The notes beneath the pieces are model-generated. The model was not told the origin of the DNA and made no database searches. It worked only from the letters and a program-made list of their open reading frames with translations. From Desulfurococcaceae archaeon (GTDB lineage: Archaea > Thermoproteota > Thermoprotei_A > Sulfolobales > NBVN01), in NCBI GenBank assembly GCA_020832985.1, contig JAJHRE010000004.1, positions 1-44,532 on the forward strand: a stretch of 44,532 bases of DNA, written 5' to 3'. Within the stretch, counting starts at the first letter, position 1; every line of letters begins with the position of its first letter. Made by a program: the position numbers and the translations under genes. Shown piece by piece: positions 19,850 to 29,832 of the stretch.

Positions 19850-19905
19850 ATTCAGACGCGGGTTCTCCACTCACCGAGTTCATACCTTGTAAGCTTCATC
19901 ATCAA
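19850..19905 (-). ncRNA. C/D-box guide sRNA, predicted target tRNA-Thr(UGU)
   Basis: ATGATGA-AGCTTACAAGGT-ATGA-ACTCGGTGAGTGGA-GAACCCGCGT-CTGA; guides complementary to CCUUGUAAGC (anticodon loop) and CGCGGGUUC (T arm). Confidence 0.85.
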
Positions 19906-19961
19906 TAACCACTACTCATATTAAGTTATTAATTTTTAAGTAATTTAACGTTGGAGGGTTT

Positions 19962-20714
19962 GTGGGTTTCGAACTACTTGGTGGTGTTGAGGTAGTTAAT
20001 GAGTTACCGGTAATTTACTTAAGGAAGTATAAGTTAGTGGTGTTAGCAGATACTCATATAGGCTTTGAGGAGGAGATGGCTGAGAAAGGTATATATATAC
20101 CTAGGTTTCAGAAGAGGAAGTTGATGAAGATCTTTGAAGAAGTCTTCAATACAGTAGATGTTGAATCTGTAGTCATAGCTGGTGATTTTAAACATAAGTT
20201 TAATGGTTTAGGGAGGATTGAGAGGGTAGAGTTGAGGGAGGTTATAAGTTATATCTTAAGTAGGGTCAGTAAGCTTACTGTAGTTAGGGGGAATCACGAT
20301 AACTACCTCCCCATACTCACACATAGGTTTAAGTTTGATATAGTTGATAACCTCATCATAGATGAATTCCTAATCACTCACGGACATACAGACTTACCAA
20401 GTGATTTAAATGTTAAGTACGTGATTATAGGTCATGAACATCCAGTAATAGCTTTAAGAGATAGTTTAGGTAGTATAGGTAGGTTTCAATGCTTTCTAAT
20501 CGGTGATTTAGTTAACGGGTTAAAACTGATCACACTACCTGCTGTAGGGGCTTATCAAACCGGTAGTAGAGTGACTTTAAGTAGGGATACATACCTCTCA
20601 CCAATACTTAAGAACTTAGCACTATTAGAGGGTTTGAAACCTGTGATAGTTGATGAGGATGTAGGTATATTAGAGTTACCGGCTCTTAAAGACCTCTACG
20701 ACTTAATGGGTTAA
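19962..20714 (+). CDS. Calcineurin-like metallophosphoesterase
   Basis: ADTHIG, AGDFKH, RGNHD, THGH, IGHEHP. Confidence 0.92.
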   Translation: MGFELLGGVEVVNELPVIYLRKYKLVVLADTHIGFEEEMAEKGIYIPRFQKRKLMKIFEEVFNTVDVESVVIAGDFKHKFNGLGRIERVELREVISYILSRVSKLTVVRGNHDNYLPILTHRFKFDIVDNLIIDEFLITHGHTDLPSDLNVKYVIIGHEHPVIALRDSLGSIGRFQCFLIGDLVNGLKLITLPAVGAYQTGSRVTLSRDTYLSPILKNLALLEGLKPVIVDEDVGILELPALKDLYDLMG

Positions 20715-20760
20715 AACATTTATATAGTTTAAAAACCCTCTTAAAAACTTTTTAAAGGGC

Positions 20761-21327
20761 TTGATGATGGGGTTAAATCCATTAATCAGGATTGAGAATA
20801 TAGTAGCAACTGTAAGTCTTGATCAGGAGTTAGATTTAAACTTAATCGGTAGGAACGTACCTAATATAGAGTACGAACCTGATGAATTCCCAGGGCTTAT
20901 TATGAGGTTAGAAAGCCCTAGACTTACAGCTCTAATCTTCAACTCAGGTAAGATGGTAGTTACAGGGGCTAAGAGTACTCAAGAACTTATCAGGGGGTTT
21001 AAGAAGATTATTAAGACGTTAACTAAGCATGGAATAATCATTATCGGTAAACCTAAAATACAGATCCAGAACATAGTTGCGTCGGCAAATCTAAATGCTG
21101 AGGTAAATCTAGAGAAAGCAGCATACCTACTTAAAAACACAATGTATGAACCAGAACAATTCCCAGGCCTAATACATAGGATGGACGACCCTAAAGTAGT
21201 ACTACTAATATTCAGTAGTGGTAAGATGGTGATCACTGGAGCTAAGAGTGAGGAGGAAGTATATAGAGCTGTTAATAACATCTACAACACCTTAAAAGAC
21301 TTAGACTGTATTAGAGAACTAACATAA
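20761..21327 (+). CDS. tbp: TATA-box-binding protein
   Basis: Duplicated NIVA...YEPxxFPGL...LIFxSGKMVxTGAKS repeats. Confidence 0.98.
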   Translation: MMMGLNPLIRIENIVATVSLDQELDLNLIGRNVPNIEYEPDEFPGLIMRLESPRLTALIFNSGKMVVTGAKSTQELIRGFKKIIKTLTKHGIIIIGKPKIQIQNIVASANLNAEVNLEKAAYLLKNTMYEPEQFPGLIHRMDDPKVVLLIFSSGKMVITGAKSEEEVYRAVNNIYNTLKDLDCIRELT

Positions 21328-21335
21328 CATCTGAT

Positions 21336-21393
21336 AATCAGAGTGAGTTGCGGTCTTCATCAATTAATCCATGGCTGCCCACTTCATCATCAA
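21336..21393 (-). ncRNA. C/D-box guide sRNA
   Basis: ATGATGA-AGTGGGCAGCC-(ATGG/TGGA)-TTAAT-TGATGA-AGACCGCAACTCACT-CTGA. Confidence 0.75.
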
Positions 21394-21459
21394 CTAACCA
21401 ATACCTACAAACTTTATAAAAGCTAATGAAGATTTTTAATCCTTAATAAGAGTAATAAG

Positions 21460-24123
21460 GTGATGGTGTTCAGATTGAGTACGAAGAATAACTTAATATA
21501 CGTTTTAATAATAGCTATAATATTGTTCTCAGTGATCACCACCTTCAACACCTCTATAGTTACTGAAGCTCAAGTAGTTAAAGGACCTAAATCAGATATC
21601 GTAATGATTAAAGCAGTACCTCTAGATCAGGCAGTAGCTGCTTTAAGAGCTGGAGATATAGACTACTATCTATTCGGGTTAAGACCTGCTCAGGCAGCTG
21701 CATTAGTTGGTGCTACAGATATTAAGCTATATAAAGCACCTGCAGGTATAAACAGCTTCATCCTTAACCCAGCACCAGACCCTAAAGGCTTAAACCCGTT
21801 CTCAATTAGGGAGGTTAGATTCGCTATAAACTACTTAATCAATAGGGATTACATAGTAACGACAGTACTTAAGGGCTTAGCAGCACCTATGTATTGTCAG
21901 GTCTCACCATACGACCCCGACTACACAGTAGTCTTCGACATCATAGCTAGGTACGAATTTAAATATAATCCAGCATTAGCTGATGAGATCATAAGTAAGG
22001 CGTTGAAGGATGCAGGTGCTGAGAAGGTAGGTGGTAAGTGGTTATATAAGGGGTCACCGATAAAGATCAAGTTTGTAATAAGGGTTGAAGATCATAGAAG
22101 GGTTTTAGGTGATATGCTTGCTTCAGAACTTGAGAAATTAGGGTTTGAAGTTGAGAGGCTATATATGACTTTTAGAGAGGCTATACCTACAGTATATAGT
22201 TCTAATCCTGCAGACTTTAAGTGGCATATATACACTGAGGGTTGGGGTAAGGGAGTTCCGGAGAAGTATGACTATACGACTGTGAATCAATTCTACGCAC
22301 CATGGTATGGTTGGATGCCTGGATGGCAAGAACCGACATTCTGGAATTATAAGAATGATACTATAGATGAGTTAGGTAAGAAGATATATAGAGGTGAGTT
22401 TGCTTCTAAGGAGGAGAGGGACTCACTATATAGGAGAGCTACAGAATTAGGTATGTTAGAGGCTGTGAGGATATTTGTTGTAACGACTTTAGATTCCTAT
22501 GCTGCTAGGGCTGAGGTCTCCGGACTTACTTTAGATTTAGGTGCTGGGTTACGAGCACCCTTCAACCTTAGAGAGGCTTATGTCCCTGATAAGAAAGTGT
22601 TGAAGGTAGGTCATCTATGGGTATGGACTGAAGGTACTGCTTGGAACCCGATAGGAGGTTTCGACGACGTATATAGTGTGGATATTTGGAGGGCTGTCTA
22701 CGATCCTTGGACTTGGAGAGACCCGTTTAACGGACTACCAATACCGTTTAGAGTTACCTATACTGTTGAGACTGCAGGTCCTAAGGGGAGTTTAAACGTA
22801 CCTAAGGATGCGTTTATATGGAATGCTACTTTGAGGAAGTGGGTTTATGTTGGTGAAGGGGTTAAAGCTACTAGTAAGGTAACGTTCGACCTCTCTAAAT
22901 TCATTGGTAGTAAGTGGCATCACAACATAACGATTACGTGGGCTGACGTCCTATTCCCGATATACCATATCTACGACTTAGTATATAATGAGACTAAGGC
23001 ATCTGTGGAGGGTGGTATAGCTTCAACTAATAAGGAAGTACTACCGATGTTTAAAGGATTTAGAATAGTTGGTGATAAGTATTTAGAAGTATATATTGAT
23101 TACTGGCATTTCGATGAGAACTACATAGCTGAGATGGCCGTACCTCCAGGTTATGGAGCAGGTGGCTTCGCATCTAATCCTTGGGAAATAGTCTACGCTA
23201 CCGACTTCCTAGTATTTGATGAGCATAAATACGGTTATTCAGAGAGTACAGCTGAGAAGTTAGGTGTTCCATGGCTTTCACTAGTTCTTAAATCACATGC
23301 TGAAGATATTAAGAAGAAGCTAACTGAGTTGAAGGATAAGAAGCTCGTTCCTGACACAGTCTTCACATTACCTGATGGTAAGAAGTTAATCACTACTGAA
23401 GAAGCTATTAAGAGGTATGAAGCAGTTATTAAGTGGATAGATACTTATGGTCATGCAGAGATAAGTAACGGTCCTTACTACGTCTACGTCTACGATCCAG
23501 CAAACCAGTATTGTGAGTTAAGAGCATTTAGAGATCCTACATACCCGTTCAGCCCTGGTACATGGTATTTCGGTATGCCTGAGTCAGTCAATATAGTTAG
23601 TGTAGGACTACCCACAGTAGTACCTGGAGGTGATGCTCAGGTAGTAATCGAACTTAAAGGCCCTACACCACTACATGTTAAGTACTTAATTAAGGATCCA
23701 GTAAGTGGTGAGGTAGTAACCTACGGGTTAGGGACTTCAGTAGCTCCGGATAGGTTCTTAATACAGTTAAGTTCAGAACTGACTTCGAAATTACGTCCTG
23801 GCGGGATATATGAGATCACAGTGATAGGTTATAGTGATAGGGTAGCGTTACTATCATCTGAGAAGCACTTCCTAAGCATACTCAACATACAGCCACTACA
23901 GGCAGGGATAGCTTCAGTAGCTGAGCAGTTAAGATCTGATATAGCTACACTAACTAAGCAAGTATCAACAGTTACTACACAGGTAGGTGGACTCTCAGCT
24001 ACTCAGCAAGATATAATTAAGGCTTTAAACAATGCTACAGCGAGTATAACGACAGCTATATACGTACTGATAATACTTGTAATCGTAGATATAATAGTTA
24101 CAGTCGTTGTTAGGAGGAAGTAA
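21460..24123 (+). CDS. Oligopeptide/dipeptide ABC transporter substrate-binding protein with C-terminal membrane anchor
   Basis: Signal peptide, NPFSIREVRFAINYLINR family-5 SBP motif, C-terminal TM helix plus RRK. Confidence 0.92.
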   Translation: MMVFRLSTKNNLIYVLIIAIILFSVITTFNTSIVTEAQVVKGPKSDIVMIKAVPLDQAVAALRAGDIDYYLFGLRPAQAAALVGATDIKLYKAPAGINSFILNPAPDPKGLNPFSIREVRFAINYLINRDYIVTTVLKGLAAPMYCQVSPYDPDYTVVFDIIARYEFKYNPALADEIISKALKDAGAEKVGGKWLYKGSPIKIKFVIRVEDHRRVLGDMLASELEKLGFEVERLYMTFREAIPTVYSSNPADFKWHIYTEGWGKGVPEKYDYTTVNQFYAPWYGWMPGWQEPTFWNYKNDTIDELGKKIYRGEFASKEERDSLYRRATELGMLEAVRIFVVTTLDSYAARAEVSGLTLDLGAGLRAPFNLREAYVPDKKVLKVGHLWVWTEGTAWNPIGGFDDVYSVDIWRAVYDPWTWRDPFNGLPIPFRVTYTVETAGPKGSLNVPKDAFIWNATLRKWVYVGEGVKATSKVTFDLSKFIGSKWHHNITITWADVLFPIYHIYDLVYNETKASVEGGIASTNKEVLPMFKGFRIVGDKYLEVYIDYWHFDENYIAEMAVPPGYGAGGFASNPWEIVYATDFLVFDEHKYGYSESTAEKLGVPWLSLVLKSHAEDIKKKLTELKDKKLVPDTVFTLPDGKKLITTEEAIKRYEAVIKWIDTYGHAEISNGPYYVYVYDPANQYCELRAFRDPTYPFSPGTWYFGMPESVNIVSVGLPTVVPGGDAQVVIELKGPTPLHVKYLIKDPVSGEVVTYGLGTSVAPDRFLIQLSSELTSKLRPGGIYEITVIGYSDRVALLSSEKHFLSILNIQPLQAGIASVAEQLRSDIATLTKQVSTVTTQVGGLSATQQDIIKALNNATASITTAIYVLIILVIVDIIVTVVVRRK

Positions 24124-24210
24124 TAAATAATTAAGTTTTTAACCTAAGATTATTTTTAATTTTATAAAAATTTTATAACTGAAGTGAGTCATCATCTTAG
24201 GTGATGTTAG

Positions 24211-25260
24211 ATAGGTCTAGGGAGGTCGTTAGTAGTTAAGGGACTGACGTTGATAGCAGTACTTTACGGAGTGTTAATACTAACTGGTGTTATAATAGGG
24301 GTTACAGGACTTTCTGATATAGTACTCTACAATATAGTTGATGAGAGGTTAAGGATAATTAAGCAGCAATTAGCTATTAAAATTAAGGATCCTGAGCAAC
24401 TTAATAGAGCTGTTGAGGAGTTAAAACAAGAGCTTATAAGAGCATATGATTTAGATAAGCCTTGGTATGCTAGAATACCTAGGATTATATATCAAATCAT
24501 GGTTCTCGACTTAGGTACCTCCAGATCTACGTTATCTTTTAGTGGTAGTAATAAGGTTGCTGATATAATCCTTGAGAGAATACCTAACACTGTTTTAATG
24601 GTTACTACAGCAGTACTTATTAGTTCTTTGGTAGGCTTAGTTGTTGGGTTATGGAGTGCTACTAAGGTTGGTAGCCTCCTAGATAGGTTTACATCGTTAA
24701 TCTCAGCAATCTCCTACTCACTACCGACATGGTGGTTCGGTATGGTAGTTATCTTAGTATTTGCGTATGAGTTAAGATTATTCCCAAGTGGTGGTATGAC
24801 AACACCAGGCCTGACTATTACAGACCCGATAACTAGGTTTCTAGACCTCCTATGGCATTTATTCCTCCCAGTACTTACGTTATTCGTGGCTTTAGTTGGT
24901 TCTTGGATCTACGTAACTAGGTCTATAGTTATATCTATAACTAAGGAGGACTTCATAGTAGTTGGTAGAGCTAAGGGACTCCCTGAAAGAGTAATCCGTA
25001 ATAGGTACTTACTCAGGAATTCAGCACCTCCAATACTTACAAACATGATTTTAGGGTTAGCAGGTTCTATAACCGGTGCTATACTTACTGAAGCAATATT
25101 TAACTGGCCAGGTATGGGTAGTCTGTACTACAACGCTATATTAAGTGCTGATATAAACATGATATTAGCGTTAACGTACATCTACACTTTAGTATATGTG
25201 GTAGCTAGGTTCATCCTTGAAGTACTTTACGTCGTGTTAGACCCTAGGGTGAGGTATTAA
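24211..25260 (+). CDS. oppB: Oligopeptide ABC permease (OppB/DppB); probable ATA start at 24211 (track start 24250)
   Basis: DLGTS, LPTWWFG, HLFLP, RAKGL, TEAIFNWPGMG, LDPRVRY. Confidence 0.92.
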   Translation: MGLGRSLVVKGLTLIAVLYGVLILTGVIIGVTGLSDIVLYNIVDERLRIIKQQLAIKIKDPEQLNRAVEELKQELIRAYDLDKPWYARIPRIIYQIMVLDLGTSRSTLSFSGSNKVADIILERIPNTVLMVTTAVLISSLVGLVVGLWSATKVGSLLDRFTSLISAISYSLPTWWFGMVVILVFAYELRLFPSGGMTTPGLTITDPITRFLDLLWHLFLPVLTLFVALVGSWIYVTRSIVISITKEDFIVVGRAKGLPERVIRNRYLLRNSAPPILTNMILGLAGSITGAILTEAIFNWPGMGSLYYNAILSADINMILALTYIYTLVYVVARFILEVLYVVLDPRVRY

Positions 25261-26684
25261 TGAAGAAATTACTACGTAATGAATTACTACGTATCTTCCT
25301 ATCAAGTAGTATTTCTAAGATAGGTATTATATTCCTAGCGATCATGATTATAGCTTCGGCATATGTAGTTATGTTCATGCCATTAGACTTCGGTTTAAGG
25401 TACTGGAACAACCCTACTTTCTGGGCTGACTACCCGAAGTTAGTACCGCCTGAATGGGTTAACATATTCTTAGGTAATAAGCTACTACGTCATACAATCC
25501 TAATCACTGAAAAGCCTACATTATCTCTGGAGGATACTAAACAATACATTCTAACATACTCACACGATACCGACCAATTACCTCAGACTATAGTGTTTAA
25601 GCTTAATAACATAACCTTCACCTACACACCGATAATAGAATTAAGTGTTAGAAGACCTGATGGTAGGGTTATTAACTTACTAGTAATTCAACCTCTAACT
25701 TCAGGGGTTAGTGAGAGAGTAGACTTAAGTGGTAGGTTAGAGGTAGCTGTTGCATTATCTAGGTTTCTTAAGGATGAATTTAACGTAAGTATCAGTGCTA
25801 CTGAGGTAATTCAGAGGAAGTTAGAGTTTAAGATACTTATGGGTACTCCAGTAATTTCTAACGGTTATGTAGATTTCAAGACACTTAGAGGTAATTATAT
25901 GTTTAATGTGTTTCTCAAGAGTGATGACCCGACAGCACGTATAGGTAGTGTAGAGGTAGTGATTTTCGGTTGGTGTTATGGTTTGATGGGTACTGACCAC
26001 TTAGGTAGGGACTTATCTCAAGCATTACTTTACGGTTTCCCAGTAGCTCTGTTAATAGGTGTTGTTACGTCAGTGATTACAGCAGTTGTAGGTGCTTTAG
26101 CAGGTGTTGTTAGTGGTTACTATGGAGGGATTGTTGATGAAGTCATTCAGAGATTATGTGATGTTCTAAATAATATCCCATTACTTCCGTTACTGATATT
26201 CTTCATGTTCGTTATCAGAATGAATGAGGAGTTAAGGAGGACTGTCTCACCGTTAGCTGTCATAATCATAGTTTTAGTAGTCTTTAGTTGGGCTGGGATC
26301 GCAATCATAGTTAGGTCTATGGTATTATCAATAAAATCTCAGCAATTTATTGAGGCTTCAGTAGCTGTGGGGGCCTCTAGTATTAGGATAATGTTTAAAC
26401 ATATACTACCGCAGGTAGCACCCTTCATATTCGCTCAAATGATGTTCTTAACACCATCAGCAATACTTTCAGAGGCTGCATTAAGTCTACTAGGTTTGAG
26501 CGATCCATCAATACCTACATGGGGTCAGATACTTGAGTCAGCCTTCGCTAATCAAGCAATGTATTTAGGTCTTTGGTGGTGGATAGTACCTCCAGGACTA
26601 CTAATTATGTATTCAGCAATAACATTCGTATTCATAGCTCAAGGGTTAGAACCTATAGTTGAACCTAGGTTAAGGAAGGTGTAG
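25260..26684 (+). CDS. oppC: Oligopeptide ABC permease (OppC/DppC)
   Basis: GTDHLGRD, FIEASVAVGAS, HILPQ, EAALSLLGL, PTWGQIL. Confidence 0.92.
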   Translation: MKKLLRNELLRIFLSSSISKIGIIFLAIMIIASAYVVMFMPLDFGLRYWNNPTFWADYPKLVPPEWVNIFLGNKLLRHTILITEKPTLSLEDTKQYILTYSHDTDQLPQTIVFKLNNITFTYTPIIELSVRRPDGRVINLLVIQPLTSGVSERVDLSGRLEVAVALSRFLKDEFNVSISATEVIQRKLEFKILMGTPVISNGYVDFKTLRGNYMFNVFLKSDDPTARIGSVEVVIFGWCYGLMGTDHLGRDLSQALLYGFPVALLIGVVTSVITAVVGALAGVVSGYYGGIVDEVIQRLCDVLNNIPLLPLLIFFMFVIRMNEELRRTVSPLAVIIIVLVVFSWAGIAIIVRSMVLSIKSQQFIEASVAVGASSIRIMFKHILPQVAPFIFAQMMFLTPSAILSEAALSLLGLSDPSIPTWGQILESAFANQAMYLGLWWWIVPPGLLIMYSAITFVFIAQGLEPIVEPRLRKV

Positions 26685-26721
26685 GATATGAGTAATAATT
26701 TATTAATGGGGGTTAGACTCT

Positions 26722-27672
26722 ATGAGTTTATTAGATGTTAAGAACTTAAAGATTTACTACTTCACACTTAAAGGTGTTGTTAGAGCTGTTGATGATGTAA
26801 GCTTCAATGTTAGGGAGGGTGAGGTCTTAGGTATTGCTGGTGAGTCAGGTAGTGGTAAATCGACGTTAGGTTACGGATTAATGAGGTTAGTACCTCCGCC
26901 TGGGAGGATAGTTGGGGGGAATATAGTAGTTTCCGGGAGGGATATAGTATCTATGGATGAGGGAACTCTAAGACGAGAGATTAGATGGAAGGTCATCAGT
27001 ATGATCTTTCAAGGGGCTTTAAACGCTTTAAACCCAGTATACACTATAGGTAAGCAGTTAGTTGAGCCTATAATTTTCCATGAGGATGTAAGTCTTAAGG
27101 AAGCTTATGAGAGGGCTGCAGAGATGGTTAAGTTAGTAGGTCTTAACGAGGATGTATTAAGACGTTATCCGCATGAGTTAAGTGGTGGTATGAAGCAGAG
27201 GGTGATGATAGCTATGGCTTTAATCTTAAGACCTAAGATAGTCATTGCTGATGAACCGACAACAGCTTTAGACGTAGTTATACAGGCTCAGATAATGAAC
27301 TTATTCAAGAAGATAAAGAAGGAGTTAAACCAATCAATTATTTTCATAACACATGATTTAAGTCTAATAGCTGAGATAGCAGATAATGTAGCTGTGATGT
27401 ATGCTGGGAAAATAGTTGAGTACGGTAACTCAGACAATGTATTCAACACACCAAAACATCCATATACTCAAGGACTTCTTAAGAGTATACCTAGGCTTAA
27501 GTCTAAGGAGAAACTCTCATGGATACCTGGAACACCACCAGACCTTAGAAACCCACCAGTTGGCTGTAGATTCCATCCTAGGTGTCCTTATGTTATGGAT
27601 GTTTGTAGACGTGAGGAACCACCTATTAAGGATGTTGGTGGTAATCATTTAGTAGCCTGTTGGTTATATTAG
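26722..27672 (+). CDS. oppD: Oligopeptide ABC ATPase
   Basis: GESGSGKS, LSGGMKQR, DEPTTALD, C-terminal GCRFHPRC. Confidence 0.95.
   Translation: MSLLDVKNLKIYYFTLKGVVRAVDDVSFNVREGEVLGIAGESGSGKSTLGYGLMRLVPPPGRIVGGNIVVSGRDIVSMDEGTLRREIRWKVISMIFQGALNALNPVYTIGKQLVEPIIFHEDVSLKEAYERAAEMVKLVGLNEDVLRRYPHELSGGMKQRVMIAMALILRPKIVIADEPTTALDVVIQAQIMNLFKKIKKELNQSIIFITHDLSLIAEIADNVAVMYAGKIVEYGNSDNVFNTPKHPYTQGLLKSIPRLKSKEKLSWIPGTPPDLRNPPVGCRFHPRCPYVMDVCRREEPPIKDVGGNHLVACWLY
27571..27671 (+). repeat. 101-nt exact direct repeat, copy 1 (3' end of oppD)
   Basis: TTCCATCCTAGGTGTCCTTATG...TGGTTATATTA, identical to 28621-28721. Confidence 0.95.
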
Positions 27673-28722
27673 GTGGGTACTATGGTTGATAAGATACTAA
27701 TAGTTGAAGATTTAAGGAAGTACTACCCTATAAGGAGGTCGTTGAGTGAGATACTCATGTTTAAACGGGGTAGATATGTGAGGGCTGTGGATGGGGTTAG
27801 CTTCTACGTAAATGATGGTGAGGTATACTGTATTGTTGGGGAGTCAGGATGTGGTAAGACAACTACTGGTAGGTTAGTAACTAAGTTGATAGAACCTACA
27901 GGAGGTGTTATAAGGTATAAACCAAGTTCCGCTCTAGCGAGGATTAATAATGAGTTCGTGGTAGGTGGGTATGTAGACTATAGAAGACTACCTAAGAAGT
28001 ATGTTAAGCTACTTAGGAGGGAAGTCCAGATAATATTTCAAGATCCTTACGGGTCTTTAGACCCTAGACAAACAATATATTCAATACTTGAGGAACCGTT
28101 AGTAATTCATGGAATAGGTAATGACCGTAAAGAACGTGAGGAGTTAATATTTAAAGTACTTGAGGATGTTAAGCTATCACCTCCTGAGGAGTTTATTAAT
28201 AGATACCCGCATATGTTATCTGGAGGTCAGAGGCAGAGGGTTAACATAGCTAGAGCGTTGATATTAGGACCTAAGCTAGTAGTTGCTGATGAGCCAGTAT
28301 CAATGTTGGATGTATCTGTTAGGGCAGAGATACTTCAGCTAATGATGGATCTAAAAATAAGTAGGGGGTTAACATACGTATTCATAACTCATGACTTAGC
28401 AGTAGCTAACTACATATGTGATAGGGTTGCTGTGATGTACTTAGGAAAGATAGTTGAGGAAGCTGATATGCTTAAATTAGTTAATGAGCCGTTACACCCA
28501 TATACTAAAGCATTAATTAGTGCTGTTCCAGAACCTAACCCCTCTAACAGGTTTAAGATTAGAGAAGTACCTATAGTTGGTGAAGTTCCTAGTGCTGCTG
28601 CGGTCCCCCCAGGCTGTAGGTTCCATCCTAGGTGTCCTTATGTTATGGATGTTTGTAGACGTGAGGAACCACCTATTAAGGATGTTGGTGGTAATCATTT
28701 AGTAGCCTGTTGGTTATATTAA
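27673..28722 (+). CDS. oppF: Oligopeptide ABC ATPase
   Basis: GESGCGKT, LSGGQRQR, DEPVSMLD. Confidence 0.95.
   Translation: MGTMVDKILIVEDLRKYYPIRRSLSEILMFKRGRYVRAVDGVSFYVNDGEVYCIVGESGCGKTTTGRLVTKLIEPTGGVIRYKPSSALARINNEFVVGGYVDYRRLPKKYVKLLRREVQIIFQDPYGSLDPRQTIYSILEEPLVIHGIGNDRKEREELIFKVLEDVKLSPPEEFINRYPHMLSGGQRQRVNIARALILGPKLVVADEPVSMLDVSVRAEILQLMMDLKISRGLTYVFITHDLAVANYICDRVAVMYLGKIVEEADMLKLVNEPLHPYTKALISAVPEPNPSNRFKIREVPIVGEVPSAAAVPPGCRFHPRCPYVMDVCRREEPPIKDVGGNHLVACWLY
28621..28721 (+). repeat. 101-nt exact direct repeat, copy 2 (3' end of oppF)
   Basis: Identical to 27571-27671, offset 1050 nt. Confidence 0.95.
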
Positions 28723-28775
28723 CTATGAGGAGCTAGTTATAAAAATTAGGTACCCCCTAAATTAATGGTGTCTTA

Positions 28776-29831
28776 GTGAGTAAGGGCTTATCAGTAGGTA
28801 TTGTCGGGTGGGGTGCTTACATCCCTAGATATAGGATAAAGGCTTTAGATATAGCTAGTTTGTGGGGTTTTGACCCGCAACTGGTTAAGTCGTTAAATAT
28901 TGAGGAGAAGGCTGTAGCTAATGTTGATGAAGACGCTACTACGATGGGTTGGTATGCAGCACGTTCAGCTATTATTAGGGCAGGTATTGACGTAAATGAA
29001 ATAGGTGCTATATTCGTAGGGACTGAGTCAAAACCCTACGCAGTCAAACCCTCAGCTACTATAATAGCTGATGCTCTAAACCTACCTAATAAGAAGTTAG
29101 CATCTGATTTAGAATTCGCGTGTAGGGCTGCTGGAGAAGCTATTAGGATATCATTAGGTCTAGTATCTAGTGGGATGGTTAAGTACTCATTAGTGGTAGG
29201 TTCAGATACTGCTCAGGCTAACCCCGGTGATGTGTTAGAACTTACAGCTGCTTCAGGTGCAGCAGCCTACGTGATTGGCCCTAAAGAAGGTAGTGTAGCG
29301 TACTTCGAAGGTTACTACACATTCATTAGTGATACACCTGATTTCTGGAGGAGGGATGGTTCACCATACCCACTACATGGTGAGATATTCACTGATGAAC
29401 CGGCATACTTTACACATATAGTAAACGCTGTTAAGGGTTTAATGCGGGAGTACTCCTTCAAACCTGAAGATTTTGACTACGTAGTATTCCACCAACCGAA
29501 CGGTAGGTTCCCGTTAAAAGTAGGTTTAGAGTTAGGATTTACTGAGGCTAAGATATTGCCGGGCTTACTAAACCCCTGGATAGGTAATACATATAATGCA
29601 GCTGCATTAATAGGATTAGCTAGGGTTCTTGAGGAGTCTAGACCTGGTCAGAGGATATTATTAGCTACGTTCGGGAGTGGTGCTGGTAGTGATGCATTCA
29701 GTTTAGTAGTTACTGATGAGGTGAAGTCTAAGGTGGATAAAGCGGTTAAGGTTATGGATATGTTGAGGAATAAGGTATATATCGACTACGGTAGGTATGT
29801 GAAGTTTAGAAAACTGCTGGTGAGGGTATAA
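28776..29831 (+). CDS. Archaeal hydroxymethylglutaryl-CoA synthase
   Basis: GTESKPYAVKP, DLEFAC, DTPDFWRR, FHQPNG, GNTYN, FGSGAGSD. Confidence 0.95.
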   Translation: MSKGLSVGIVGWGAYIPRYRIKALDIASLWGFDPQLVKSLNIEEKAVANVDEDATTMGWYAARSAIIRAGIDVNEIGAIFVGTESKPYAVKPSATIIADALNLPNKKLASDLEFACRAAGEAIRISLGLVSSGMVKYSLVVGSDTAQANPGDVLELTAASGAAAYVIGPKEGSVAYFEGYYTFISDTPDFWRRDGSPYPLHGEIFTDEPAYFTHIVNAVKGLMREYSFKPEDFDYVVFHQPNGRFPLKVGLELGFTEAKILPGLLNPWIGNTYNAAALIGLARVLEESRPGQRILLATFGSGAGSDAFSLVVTDEVKSKVDKAVKVMDMLRNKVYIDYGRYVKFRKLLVRV

Positions 29832-29832
29832 C

